Positions 22,203 through 30,624 of a stretch of 35,853 nucleotides of DNA are shown one piece after another. The notes under the pieces were generated by a model. The model had not been told where the DNA came from. It saw only the letters and a program-made list of their open reading frames with translations, and ran no database searches. The translations under genes and the position numbers were made by a program. How positions within the stretch are numbered: the stretch's first letter is position 1; each line of letters begins with the position of its first letter. This DNA comes from a virus, in IMG/VR virus record IMGVR_UViG_3300002461_000243, positions 1-35,853 of that record; one strand, given 5' to 3'.

Positions 22203-23111
22203 TCAAATCTCGAGATAATCCGTAGTTATAATCGGAATTAATGTCACGTCTTCAGTGACAAGGCCAAAGCTAGAAACAATCTGTCCTAGAACCCTGGCCA
22301 TTTCTTCTTTAGCAGGCCGAGACCAGTTTGATGAATCGCCTTCTTTGGCTTCATAAATCATATGCTTTAAAAGGTACTCTTCGCAAGGATCTGGCAGCTC
22401 TGGAAGGTTTACAGAATTTTCGCCGACAACAATGTAGTCGCCCGCAGCTATTGACTCGCCAGTGGCAAGAGAAAAACTAGACAGAGTAAAAACACCGCTA
22501 GCCACACTGTCATAAACCACATTGCGGGCTTTGAGACGACCATACTTATCCACCACGCAGAGGTAGTTAAATTCGTTAATTTCTGCTTCATCGTAAGAGC
22601 TTTCCGCATCGTTTACCTCTAAGGCTGTGAGCGCTCCGCCAACAACGGTCGCAACGTCAATTAAACCAGCCCTTTTTTGTGGGCGATTAGGATACCGGAT
22701 GTAAGAAATGCGAAGAAAGCCAGATTGAAGCGGGGGCGCTAAATAAAACCCACCCTCTACTGGAACATAAGAAAAAGCAAAACCCACCTCAGAATCAATG
22801 CGGTCTTTATCAATTCCCTTAAATAAAGGAATCCAGTCTAATTGACCGTTAGGACTCCACCACATTGTATCGATCGAATATAGGTACTGATCCGAAGGCT
22901 GCGAGTAAAACTCTTGCTTTGGAACTATAGGAATAATTTCCTGGGTCTGAAAAAGCTTAGACTTTGCGTTGTTAGCCTCACGAACAAGAGAGTCCTGGGC
23001 ATTTTTAAGGTACTGAACAAAAACAAACTGCGGAACCCCGCTGTCAGAGTCGAACCTTTCATTGCCAGAGATTTTTCTTGCTGTCGTTATAAGCTGTTCA
23101 ACGCGTCTCAT
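22203..23111 (-). CDS. Tail adaptor / tail-tubular-A-like protein (302 aa)
   Basis: The call rests on position upstream of the 886-aa gene only. Confidence 0.35.
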   Translation of the reverse strand: MRRVEQLITTARKISGNERFDSDSGVPQFVFVQYLKNAQDSLVREANNAKSKLFQTQEIIPIVPKQEFYSQPSDQYLYSIDTMWWSPNGQLDWIPLFKGIDKDRIDSEVGFAFSYVPVEGGFYLAPPLQSGFLRISYIRYPNRPQKRAGLIDVATVVGGALTALEVNDAESSYDEAEINEFNYLCVVDKYGRLKARNVVYDSVASGVFTLSSFSLATGESIAAGDYIVVGENSVNLPELPDPCEEYLLKHMIYEAKEGDSSNWSRPAKEEMARVLGQIVSSFGLVTEDVTLIPIITTDYLEI

Positions 23112-23112
23112 A

Positions 23113-23295
23113 TTAGCCCATCATTTCTTTTTTCATCTTTGCAATAAATGCCATTTTTTTCATGTCAGCGCCAGAATCCTCAGATTCCTCAGCTTCGTAT
23201 TCCATTTCTGGCATTTCTTTGTTCATAGCAAGCATTTCAAGCTCTGTGATTTTTTCTTTAATTTCGCCGATCAGTTCTGCCATTTTATCCATCAT
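23113..23295 (-). CDS. Small acidic Met-rich protein (60 aa)
   Basis: I prefer the ATG at 23295 (ATGA overlap with the upstream stop) to the track start at 23313. Confidence 0.55.
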   Translation of the reverse strand: MMDKMAELIGEIKEKITELEMLAMNKEMPEMEYEAEESEDSGADMKKMAFIAKMKKEMMG

Positions 23296-23528
23296 GATAA
23301 AGCCCCTCGCCATACGTTAATAAGTGTTCCAAGCCCCTGAGATTGCCCCTGGGCACGTTGCTTTTCTGCGTCTACTAGCATTTGTCTGCGCTGTGCTTCC
23401 TCTTGAGCTTTAGCCTGAAGGTAAGAGTTTAAAAACCCCGCGCCAGCCATGATTCCAGCAGGTCCGTAAGTTTCAAGCCCTGTTTTTTCTGGCGAGCCAT
23501 AGCCAGTGTTTTCCATTGTGTTAAACAT
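23292..23528 (-). CDS. Hypothetical protein (78 aa)
   Basis: Intact ORF inside the structural block. Confidence 0.6.
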   Translation of the reverse strand: MFNTMENTGYGSPEKTGLETYGPAGIMAGAGFLNSYLQAKAQEEAQRRQMLVDAEKQRAQGQSQGLGTLINVWRGALS

Positions 23529-23537
23529 GAATACTCC

Positions 23538-23864
23538 TTAGCTTTTAGCGACCATTAAAATATTGATGCTTGATGCATTGCCGGTCGTAGCTGCTACAAT
23601 GGCCCTGGCAAAATCATAGGTAAAATCCGAAACAGAAATAAACGTAGTTCCAGCCCCCGAAACCGCAGTCGCAGTCCCGTTGTTTCCCCAGTTAGTTCCG
23701 TCATTTGAATGCTGAAGCTGAACGGTTCCGGCTGAGATAGTTCCCGCAACAGTTGCCTGAAGGCTTAGTGCCTTACGGCCTGAAGTATCAAACTTTCCGG
23801 TCGTGTAAGATGAACCGGCAAGCGCCGACTGTCCTAGGTCTTGAAATTTTACTGCACAGCTCAT
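23538..23864 (-). CDS. Hypothetical small structural protein, apparently beta-rich (108 aa)
   Basis: Intact ORF with Thr/Ser/Gly/Ala-rich composition. Confidence 0.6.
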   Translation of the reverse strand: MSCAVKFQDLGQSALAGSSYTTGKFDTSGRKALSLQATVAGTISAGTVQLQHSNDGTNWGNNGTATAVSGAGTTFISVSDFTYDFARAIVAATTGNASSINILMVAKS

Positions 23865-24076
23865 TTATGCCCCTTTTTTACACTGTCTTTAATATATTCA
23901 ATGTCTTTTTTTATTTCCGCAATGTCGATTATTGCTTGCTCTAGTTTTTCAAGCTTAATTTCTGCACTGCTTGCTTTTGCATCTATGTTAGAAAGCCACA
24001 AAACGCCCCCTACCAAGGTCGGGATAAACCCAATGGCCGCAAAAAATGGTATTTTAGTTTTGCTGTCTAGGTCCAT
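23861..24076 (-). CDS. Single-pass membrane / coiled-coil protein (71 aa)
   Basis: One TM segment (FFAAIGFIPTLVGGVLWL) followed by a charged helix. ATGA coupling to the next gene. Confidence 0.55.
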   Translation of the reverse strand: MDLDSKTKIPFFAAIGFIPTLVGGVLWLSNIDAKASSAEIKLEKLEQAIIDIAEIKKDIEYIKDSVKKGHK

Positions 24077-24084
24077 AAAGCTCC

Positions 24085-26019
24085 TTAAAGGCCGATTCTT
24101 GCTATTGCAATGCTAGATCCGCCACCTGACAAGTTTGCATCACCGTTTACCGTAATTGATGTTGAAGATCTGACTGTAATAAAATCACCAGAAATTAACT
24201 GAATTAGAGTGGAGTTTCCAGTAGCGTTGTTGGCGTCCGCGCCGCCCAAAAGCTTATATAAACTTCCGTTTTTATAAATGCGCACGTTTGAAGCACCTTG
24301 AACATTGTAAGCTACTGCCACTTTATAAAGACCAGTCGCTGGCGCCGTAAATCTTCCTGTAGAAGTATTCCAAGCGCCATGCGTATCAAACTCTCGAGAG
24401 TTAAATAAGATATCGGTCACGTTTGCTGTAACCGCAGTAACCGCAGAAAGCCAATAACTCGCCGCAATCGTCTCAGTCGCCGCAATAGCTGAGGGGCCTG
24501 TAACTCTTTCGATTCCAATGTTTACGAGTTGAAAAGAATTGTTAACACCTGTGCCTTGAAAGTACCTAGGTTTTAAAGTCTGCCCGGCATTGAAAAACAA
24601 CGCAGGAGTTGTAACACCTCCTTCAATTCTACCTGTCCCAGATCCTTTTGTAAATTGTGGGTTATCAACGATTACAGTGTTTGCAGCATCTGCCCAAATA
24701 ATCCCATATTGGGACCCAGCACTATAGCCAAGTGAGTTTAATACAAATTGAGTTGTTAATTTGTAGTAACCAGCCGTTGGTATTGTGTAAACTGTTCCGT
24801 TCCATGTGCCATGAGTGTCTGAAAAAACAGTTGAAGCGTTGAGCCAAGTAATGTCAGAAGTTGAGCCGCTAGTGTAAGTGGTTGCAGTGTTTACATTGTT
24901 TTTTTGAAACACTAACACCCTCGTATCAGCACTATCGCTCATCTGGACGCTTGAGGACCAGCCGGAGATGGGGACTTTATAATTAAATTGCAGGTTGTCG
25001 CCAGAAGCCCAGGTAATCGGTGAGGTTTGAGTAACTTCGCCTTGCGAACCAGTAACAGCGCTTTGATACAAAGCTCTTATGCTTGTTGTGCTTAGGTAAA
25101 CAGATTGAAAGCTAAAGCCTAGAGAGCCTGCGGAAGTATCCAGTCCTTGACCTGTTCCAACTGGAATGTAATTAAGTGCGCTGTTAAATTTTGCAGTGTC
25201 TACCGTTAATCCTGATGGAATAGTAAACTGCAAAGCTGCTGCGTTTGGAGCGCCCGCAAGAGTAACCGTAACAAGACCTTCTATTGAATCACCAACACGT
25301 CGATATTTTCCCTGATAAGTAGTGTTGGTTGTCCATGTCCCTGTCGGCGTGTAATTTTGCCAATCCGTAATCGGAGTCCCATAAACATACTGGCTTGGGG
25401 AGACTGAAACATTGTCAAACTTTACTGAGTAAGCACTTGCACTAGTCGAAGCGCAGTGAATAATTAAGCGGTAGCTTGTTGAATTAGAAGAAGTTTGAAA
25501 ATAAGCAGAAAACTGGTCGCCAATAGTCGACGAATTGCTAAAAAGCTTAATCGAACTTGGCTCGATCAAAACCGCATTAGTCACATCATAAATGTAAAAG
25601 ATTAAATCCGAGTCAGTCGTGGTTGAGCCCGCAACAAAAGTCCCAGAATTTACAATATAATCCGCTTGGATGCGCAAAACCTTAGCAACGTCTGTGCTTT
25701 GAATTGTAAAATCATAAGATGCGCCTTCGCCTTGTCGGTTAGCTGCATCTTTTGTAAATATAAACGAACCAGAGCCGTCCAGAGGGGAAGTTGTAGCACG
25801 AGTGAACGTAACAGTAGGAGTGCCGCCTGTGCCGTCTACAGGACGAGTGCCCGCGGCATCGGCATAAGTAGCCCATCCAAGAGTATTAACTTCAGCGTGA
25901 CCGTTTAAAATGTAATTGCGGACACCATCAAAGTCATTGATAGAGCCGTCAGAGTTTAAAACCCCATCGGCAGTAAGTAGTTTTGCTCTTCTTCCGCTGA
26001 ATATTGCTGGACTTCCCAT
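24085..26019 (-). CDS. Tail fibre (644 aa) with tandem C1q/TNF-like C-terminal jelly-roll modules
   Basis: Repeated signature: FSDTHGTWNGTVYTIPTAGYYKLTTQF... and FDTHGAWNTSTGRFTAPATGLYKVAVAYNV...VRIYKNGSLY...LISGDFITV. The N-terminal NGHAEVNTLGWATYAD segment looks like a carbohydrate-binding jelly roll. Confidence 0.6.
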   Translation of the reverse strand: MGSPAIFSGRRAKLLTADGVLNSDGSINDFDGVRNYILNGHAEVNTLGWATYADAAGTRPVDGTGGTPTVTFTRATTSPLDGSGSFIFTKDAANRQGEGASYDFTIQSTDVAKVLRIQADYIVNSGTFVAGSTTTDSDLIFYIYDVTNAVLIEPSSIKLFSNSSTIGDQFSAYFQTSSNSTSYRLIIHCASTSASAYSVKFDNVSVSPSQYVYGTPITDWQNYTPTGTWTTNTTYQGKYRRVGDSIEGLVTVTLAGAPNAAALQFTIPSGLTVDTAKFNSALNYIPVGTGQGLDTSAGSLGFSFQSVYLSTTSIRALYQSAVTGSQGEVTQTSPITWASGDNLQFNYKVPISGWSSSVQMSDSADTRVLVFQKNNVNTATTYTSGSTSDITWLNASTVFSDTHGTWNGTVYTIPTAGYYKLTTQFVLNSLGYSAGSQYGIIWADAANTVIVDNPQFTKGSGTGRIEGGVTTPALFFNAGQTLKPRYFQGTGVNNSFQLVNIGIERVTGPSAIAATETIAASYWLSAVTAVTANVTDILFNSREFDTHGAWNTSTGRFTAPATGLYKVAVAYNVQGASNVRIYKNGSLYKLLGGADANNATGNSTLIQLISGDFITVRSSTSITVNGDANLSGGGSSIAIARIGL

Positions 26020-26044
26020 TAGTGACTCCTTAAGTCAGTACGCT

Positions 26045-27559
26045 TTAAGCGTAATAATTGATGCTTGATTCGCCCACGTTAGCCGTTCCACTGACCGCTC
26101 TTATAGAAACCCGAGTAGCCGCTGGAATACGAACGGAAACGCGTCCATTTCCACCAGGAAAGACAAGAATCAACCGAGTCTCAGAAGCCGCAGCTCCTGT
26201 CCCCAATTCTAAAGTCTGACCAGAAGAATCGAAGATTTCAATTTCATTGATTGTTGATGCGGTTGACGCAATTAGCTGTGTCCATGCGCTTGTTAAAACC
26301 GGAGTCGATGTATAATCAACCCGAGTCGTAGTAACAACGGAACGGCCCTGGACCGCAGGAAAAGCATAGTCAGAAGCTATTACAACCGAGGTTGAATTAG
26401 CCGCAGTCGCTTGTCCTAGTGTATTTGGAATTCCGTTATTACGAGTTAAGACTTCGCCTGATGCGTTTACATTAACTCTATGAGCATTGCCCCCAGATTC
26501 GCCGCCTATCATTACTAGGCGACTTGGAGATGGACTTGCGTGGACGCCAACTGCGTTAGAGATAATATCAGTATCCGCTAAAATTGCGGCCGCGGTAACT
26601 TGCGTTGCAAGTGTACTTCCTAAATTTTGAATTTCAGCTACTGTTTGTAGAGTAGTTGCTTCTGTAGCTGCACCGGTAGGCAAAGGTAAGGTTTGATCGG
26701 AAGCAAGAACAACTCCTAATGAAGCCGTCGCAGTCTGTTGACCTAATGCAGCAGGCAATTTGCCATTTATAGCCGACGCACTTGTTGCAATCGATCCAGT
26801 GTCTGCATCAATAGTAGTAAGAAGCGCAGTTTGTGAGTCCAATTCAGCGTTAACGCCAGCTAAAGCAGTATGAGTTGTCGCGTCAAATGTTGTTGCTTGG
26901 CCTGCTACTGTCATTAACAGTCTATTTGTTCCATCACCAATGCGAGTAATGTCAGGATTTGCGCCTGTATCTGAAAGCTGGACGTTTAAATCGCGCGCCG
27001 TGATGTTAATATCGCCAGTTACAGACGTAAGTTTAACCGGAAGTGGAATGTTGTTGGCCGGATTCGTTGTGTCTTCGATGACCTGAGTCGCAACTGCGTC
27101 CCTGATAAACTGAATTGGCCCAGAACTTACCGATAAAGTTCCGTCTTCGTCATAAAGAGGCACGACGTGCCGTAAAACAAAGAATTCATCGCCAATAATT
27201 GGAGCGGCTGGAAGCGTAGCTCCTAAAATCATTGTGTTGGCGTCTGGTACATTAATAACCATAGCCATGAAGTGAGGGTTCGTGGCTGTCGCCTCAAACC
27301 GAAGCACATCGCCTTTTAAAGCGCCGTGTGCTGTGTTTCTAATTATTTGAAGTGGATAAACTGTGTCTACCGAAGTCACTGTTTTAACAATGGCTGTAGT
27401 TCTAAAAAGACCATTGATGCGCGTGTCTGAAACAACGTGCTTATCATGGGTCTCGGCGACTGTTACGAACTGAGAAGTTGTTTTTGAGCCTTGCTCGCTA
27501 TATCCAACAAGAGCGTTGGTAAGCTTTTCCTGACTCGGATACCCTGAAATACCTGACAT
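26045..27559 (-). CDS. Virion fibre/spike-like structural protein (504 aa)
   Basis: Long Thr/Ala/Ser/Val-rich ORF directly upstream of the tail-fibre gene and downstream of the capsid-operon terminator. Confidence 0.5.
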   Translation of the reverse strand: MSGISGYPSQEKLTNALVGYSEQGSKTTSQFVTVAETHDKHVVSDTRINGLFRTTAIVKTVTSVDTVYPLQIIRNTAHGALKGDVLRFEATATNPHFMAMVINVPDANTMILGATLPAAPIIGDEFFVLRHVVPLYDEDGTLSVSSGPIQFIRDAVATQVIEDTTNPANNIPLPVKLTSVTGDINITARDLNVQLSDTGANPDITRIGDGTNRLLMTVAGQATTFDATTHTALAGVNAELDSQTALLTTIDADTGSIATSASAINGKLPAALGQQTATASLGVVLASDQTLPLPTGAATEATTLQTVAEIQNLGSTLATQVTAAAILADTDIISNAVGVHASPSPSRLVMIGGESGGNAHRVNVNASGEVLTRNNGIPNTLGQATAANSTSVVIASDYAFPAVQGRSVVTTTRVDYTSTPVLTSAWTQLIASTASTINEIEIFDSSGQTLELGTGAAASETRLILVFPGGNGRVSVRIPAATRVSIRAVSGTANVGESSINYYA

Positions 27560-27592
27560 ATACCCTCCGGTGCTTATTGCCCATCTAAGTGG

Positions 27593-27622
27593 CTAAAATA
27601 AAGGGGGCTAGGCCCCCCTTGG
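27593..27622 (-). terminator. Rho-independent terminator (minus strand) after the capsid genes
   Basis: The minus-strand RNA reads AAGGGGGGC-CUA-GCCCCCUU followed by UAUUUU, a GC-rich stem with a U tract. Confidence 0.6.
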
Positions 27623-27632
27623 AACCCGTTGA

Positions 27633-27986
27633 CTAACCAACAAGGTCCGATGCTGTCGAACCAACAACAAGTAACTCAAAATCAAGTTCCGCCGGAGTAG
27701 TTCCGTTGACTGCAAAGCAGAGAACCGTGATTTGTAGCTTGTCTGAATTCGCTAGTTCTAAATGAATAATGCCAGGTGCATGAGGCATCGCTACTGCGAT
27801 TGCGTTCTGTGCAAAAGGCTGCTGAGTGTTGACTAAAATTGTATAGTCGCCAGCTCCGTTATCGACAATGCTGCAAAACTTTGCGCATAAACCAGACAAA
27901 ACGGGTGTTCCCGCTCCGGTCTTTCTTAGTGCTAAAAGCTGCATCTGTCTTTGCGGAGAGTCGACCGTATTTGATCCGAATCCCAT
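27633..27986 (-). CDS. Small capsid-associated protein (117 aa), possible decoration/head protein
   Basis: It is co-transcribed directly after the major capsid gene and before the terminator. I recognised no motif. Confidence 0.4.
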   Translation of the reverse strand: MGFGSNTVDSPQRQMQLLALRKTGAGTPVLSGLCAKFCSIVDNGAGDYTILVNTQQPFAQNAIAVAMPHAPGIIHLELANSDKLQITVLCFAVNGTTPAELDFELLVVGSTASDLVG

Positions 27987-28043
27987 GTAAAACTCCTATG
28001 ATAGACAGAGACCCCCACCGAACAGCAGGGGCCCCTCTCAAGA

Positions 28044-29237
28044 TTAGATTGCCAGTCCTGTTACAACACCGTGGAAAGTCGGGATGATGTAGTTCTGGTA
28101 GTAGCCGCCGTAACGTGCCTCGTAAGCATCGTCATTGCTCTTACGCAAGAAAATTGTTCCATCATCATCAAACCAACCAAAGTCAGGTCTGTGGTGTACT
28201 TGTATGAAATCTGTGTTTAGAGCGTACATTGTGTCGTCTGGACACATACGGTCTGCAAAGATACCGATTGGGCCGGCGTCTGACATATACTCGATACCTT
28301 TAAAAGATACCTTGCCTTTAAGTTCAGAAGCGCGTGGATCAACCATGTAAACCTTGTGGTCTTCTAAGAAGTTCAAAATCTTACGATACTGAGTGTAAGA
28401 AGTGATAATCTTCTTAGGAGTCTTTCCGCACTTGTACTGAACCTTAATGATAAGCTCATTCATGATGTCAGCAGAAATACCAGATCCGCCAGCAGCGATT
28501 TGAGTCGCTTGCCATCTGCGGCCCACGTTTACGCCGTACTCAGTGCCAGTTGTAGCACCAAGGATAGACTTAAGACCTTCAGGGTCGTTGTCTTTAGAGT
28601 TTTGCATATAAACAATGTGCGTTCCTGCGCCGATTGCTGTTAAGTCATCAGAACCAGACAAGCGAGTCATCTCGATAGTTCTGCTTGATGGATTAACTTC
28701 ATCGATGCGGAAAACAGAAGAAAGAGTGTTTACGTTAACATAATCGCCCTCTTCCCAGTGACCTTCTACCCATGTAGCTGCTGTGATAGTAAGAATAGGA
28801 GCTGCTGCTGTACCAGTAGCGTTACCGCTGAATGATCCAAGAGCGCCAGTTCCGTCTCCGAACAAAATACGAGAAGCATTGCGGTTCCAAGCTTCAACTG
28901 TCTTTTGTACGTTCCACTTCATCGCCTCTACAAAAGCACCTTCATCAGAGCTAGACGCTTTTAAAGCTTCACGCTGGATTTCAGTGGTTGCATAGACCTT
29001 TTTTGCAGTCAAAGTCGCTTTTACTGCATTTGCTGGGTTCGGAGTTGGCAAAACGCCAGATCCAACACCACCAGCGAAAAATGTAGGTACTGCGACCTTC
29101 ATGTCTTCACCGACAAAGCTGTATTCTTTTTTGACTGTACCTAATAGTACGTTTGCGCTGTTATACGCATTTTCAGAGATCTTTCCAAACTTCGTTTTGA
29201 AAAGAGCTGACTGGTTCGTTAATGAAAACTGTGCCAT
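28044..29237 (-). CDS. Major capsid protein (397 aa)
   Basis: The size and the position after portal and scaffold fit. It has a strong GGAGGG RBS, and a terminator follows the next gene. Confidence 0.7.
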   Translation of the reverse strand: MAQFSLTNQSALFKTKFGKISENAYNSANVLLGTVKKEYSFVGEDMKVAVPTFFAGGVGSGVLPTPNPANAVKATLTAKKVYATTEIQREALKASSSDEGAFVEAMKWNVQKTVEAWNRNASRILFGDGTGALGSFSGNATGTAAAPILTITAATWVEGHWEEGDYVNVNTLSSVFRIDEVNPSSRTIEMTRLSGSDDLTAIGAGTHIVYMQNSKDNDPEGLKSILGATTGTEYGVNVGRRWQATQIAAGGSGISADIMNELIIKVQYKCGKTPKKIITSYTQYRKILNFLEDHKVYMVDPRASELKGKVSFKGIEYMSDAGPIGIFADRMCPDDTMYALNTDFIQVHHRPDFGWFDDDGTIFLRKSNDDAYEARYGGYYQNYIIPTFHGVVTGLAI

Positions 29238-29268
29238 ATTTTGAAGCCCTCCATTGGCTTATTGTTTT

Positions 29269-30507
29269 TTAAAATAAATCGTCAAATAACATTGGCTCTT
29301 GGCTTGCCATCTTGGCTTGCTTGACTTCGGTCTTTCCCTTCATAAACTCTTCACGCTCTTTTTCCTTTGTCTCGACCTTCTTTTTTGCGGCTTTTACGCC
29401 AAAGATAGAATCAAAGATTTCAGGGATTTCTTCAGGCTCAAAGCCCGCTAAAATTGCGTTGTCTGTAAACTGTAAGAGTTTTTGCCGAGCCTCTTGCGCT
29501 GTCCACCCTAGATTAAGTTCCTTCATCTTTGTGGTCGCTTGAGTAATGATCCGGTCTTTTTTAATAGCCTCGATGACTGTCTCGGGAGTGAGATTTTCCG
29601 GTAGGCCTAATGATTTTACTTCTGAAGGATTCTGATAGATATCCTGCAAAGCTTCATATGCGGCGTCGAAATCCTCGTCCCTAACTTTGGCCTGGGCCTT
29701 AAGAGCTGATACTTTCTGCTGTGTTTGTGAGCGTTCAATTTCTTGTTTGCGCTCTGATTCAAGTCTCTCAGCTTTTGTTCTGTGATACTTGTTTTCAGCT
29801 TCTAGCATTGCTGCCTTACGTTGATCGTCGTTCAACTGATAATAGTTTTCAAGTAATTTTACGCCGTTTTCATGCCAGCCTTGATAAAATTTAACTGGAT
29901 CTTGTCCGGCTAGGTCAGCAAGCTTAAAAAGCTTCATTTCTGCGTCTTGCTCTTCAAAGATATCGCGGAGTTTTTGATTCGCCATGTCTTGAGCTTTTTT
30001 AAAGGTCTGCTTTTCGACGTTTAACTCAGAGTATTTGCGAGTCCAGTCAGTTTTTCCGGAGTAATTAGATAAAACGTCTTTTAATGGTACAGACTCGAGC
30101 TTTCCGTTAATTTTGACATCCAAAAGAGCATCTTCGTCGATTTCAAGATCACCTTCGGCTGTCTTGGCCTTGAGTTTTCGGATAGCTTTTTTAATTTCAG
30201 CTTCGTTTTTCTCTTCCTGGGTTTTCTCGTCATCTTTTTCCTTGGATTCTTTGGCCTCCGGTTTTTTGTCGTCTTTTTTGTCGGCGACTTTTTCACCTTT
30301 TTTATCATCTGAGCTTAGATCGATGGACTTTTCAGTCTTTTCTTTGGGCTTTTCCTCAGTTTTCTCGGCCTTTTTAGGCTTTGAGCTGATCGTTTCAAGG
30401 GCATCCCACAAGGCTCCCGAGTTTTCAGCGCCAGTTACTTCAATGGCTCCGGTCTCGTTTGTTGTAGGATTCGTGATCGGCACGTTTGGATTGATGCTTT
30501 CGGACAT
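29269..30507 (-). CDS. Scaffolding protein (412 aa), Lys/Glu-rich helical
   Basis: Highly charged, low-complexity, coiled-coil-like sequence between the portal and capsid genes. Confidence 0.6.
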   Translation of the reverse strand: MSESINPNVPITNPTTNETGAIEVTGAENSGALWDALETISSKPKKAEKTEEKPKEKTEKSIDLSSDDKKGEKVADKKDDKKPEAKESKEKDDEKTQEEKNEAEIKKAIRKLKAKTAEGDLEIDEDALLDVKINGKLESVPLKDVLSNYSGKTDWTRKYSELNVEKQTFKKAQDMANQKLRDIFEEQDAEMKLFKLADLAGQDPVKFYQGWHENGVKLLENYYQLNDDQRKAAMLEAENKYHRTKAERLESERKQEIERSQTQQKVSALKAQAKVRDEDFDAAYEALQDIYQNPSEVKSLGLPENLTPETVIEAIKKDRIITQATTKMKELNLGWTAQEARQKLLQFTDNAILAGFEPEEIPEIFDSIFGVKAAKKKVETKEKEREEFMKGKTEVKQAKMASQEPMLFDDLF

Positions 30508-30584
30508 GATAACTCCTTTTATCGCTTGCCATCATTGGCAATTTACGATTTAAATATTGGCTCTTGCACCCCATGCAGAAAGTT

Positions 30585-30622
30585 AAGCCCGCTAGAGCCT
30601 TGTCGCTTTAGCGGGTTTTTTT
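30585..30622 (+). terminator. Intrinsic-terminator-like hairpin oriented for the plus strand, inside the minus-strand late operon
   Basis: The stem is CCCGCTA(30588-30594)/TAGCGGG(30609-30615), followed by TTTTTTT(30616-22) on the plus strand. It lies directly beside the portal stop codon. Confidence 0.5.
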
Positions 30623-30624
30623 AT

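Noticed and set aside
27987-28043. A possible stem-loop (CCCC...GGGG, GGGGCCCC) between the capsid gene and the 117-aa gene as a terminator
   Set aside because: Only short G/C runs pair, the loop is long, and there is no U tract. The clear terminator lies one gene further downstream at 27593-27622.
14780-28995. Many 60-130-aa ORFs antisense to, or in alternate frames within, late genes. Examples: 14780..15073, 15989..16180, 17138..17530, 17472..17669, 18226..18438, 19856..20104, 20711..20905, 21201..21542, 21260..21442, 22914..23147, 23062..23340, 23753..23944, 23841..24116, 25666..25908, 27839..28087, 27859..28041, 28135..28350, 28783..28995
   Set aside because: All are nested in longer, contiguous, translationally coupled minus-strand genes. 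Their compositions are skewed (Cys/Arg/Phe/Ser-rich) as expected for off-frame translation.
30113-30553. A 146-aa plus-strand ORF, and the 75-aa ORF at 30081..30308, inside the scaffold gene
   Set aside because: The Ser/Phe/Leu-rich low-complexity product is the mirror image of the Lys/Glu-rich scaffold on the other strand. It has no RBS and lies wholly within a better gene.
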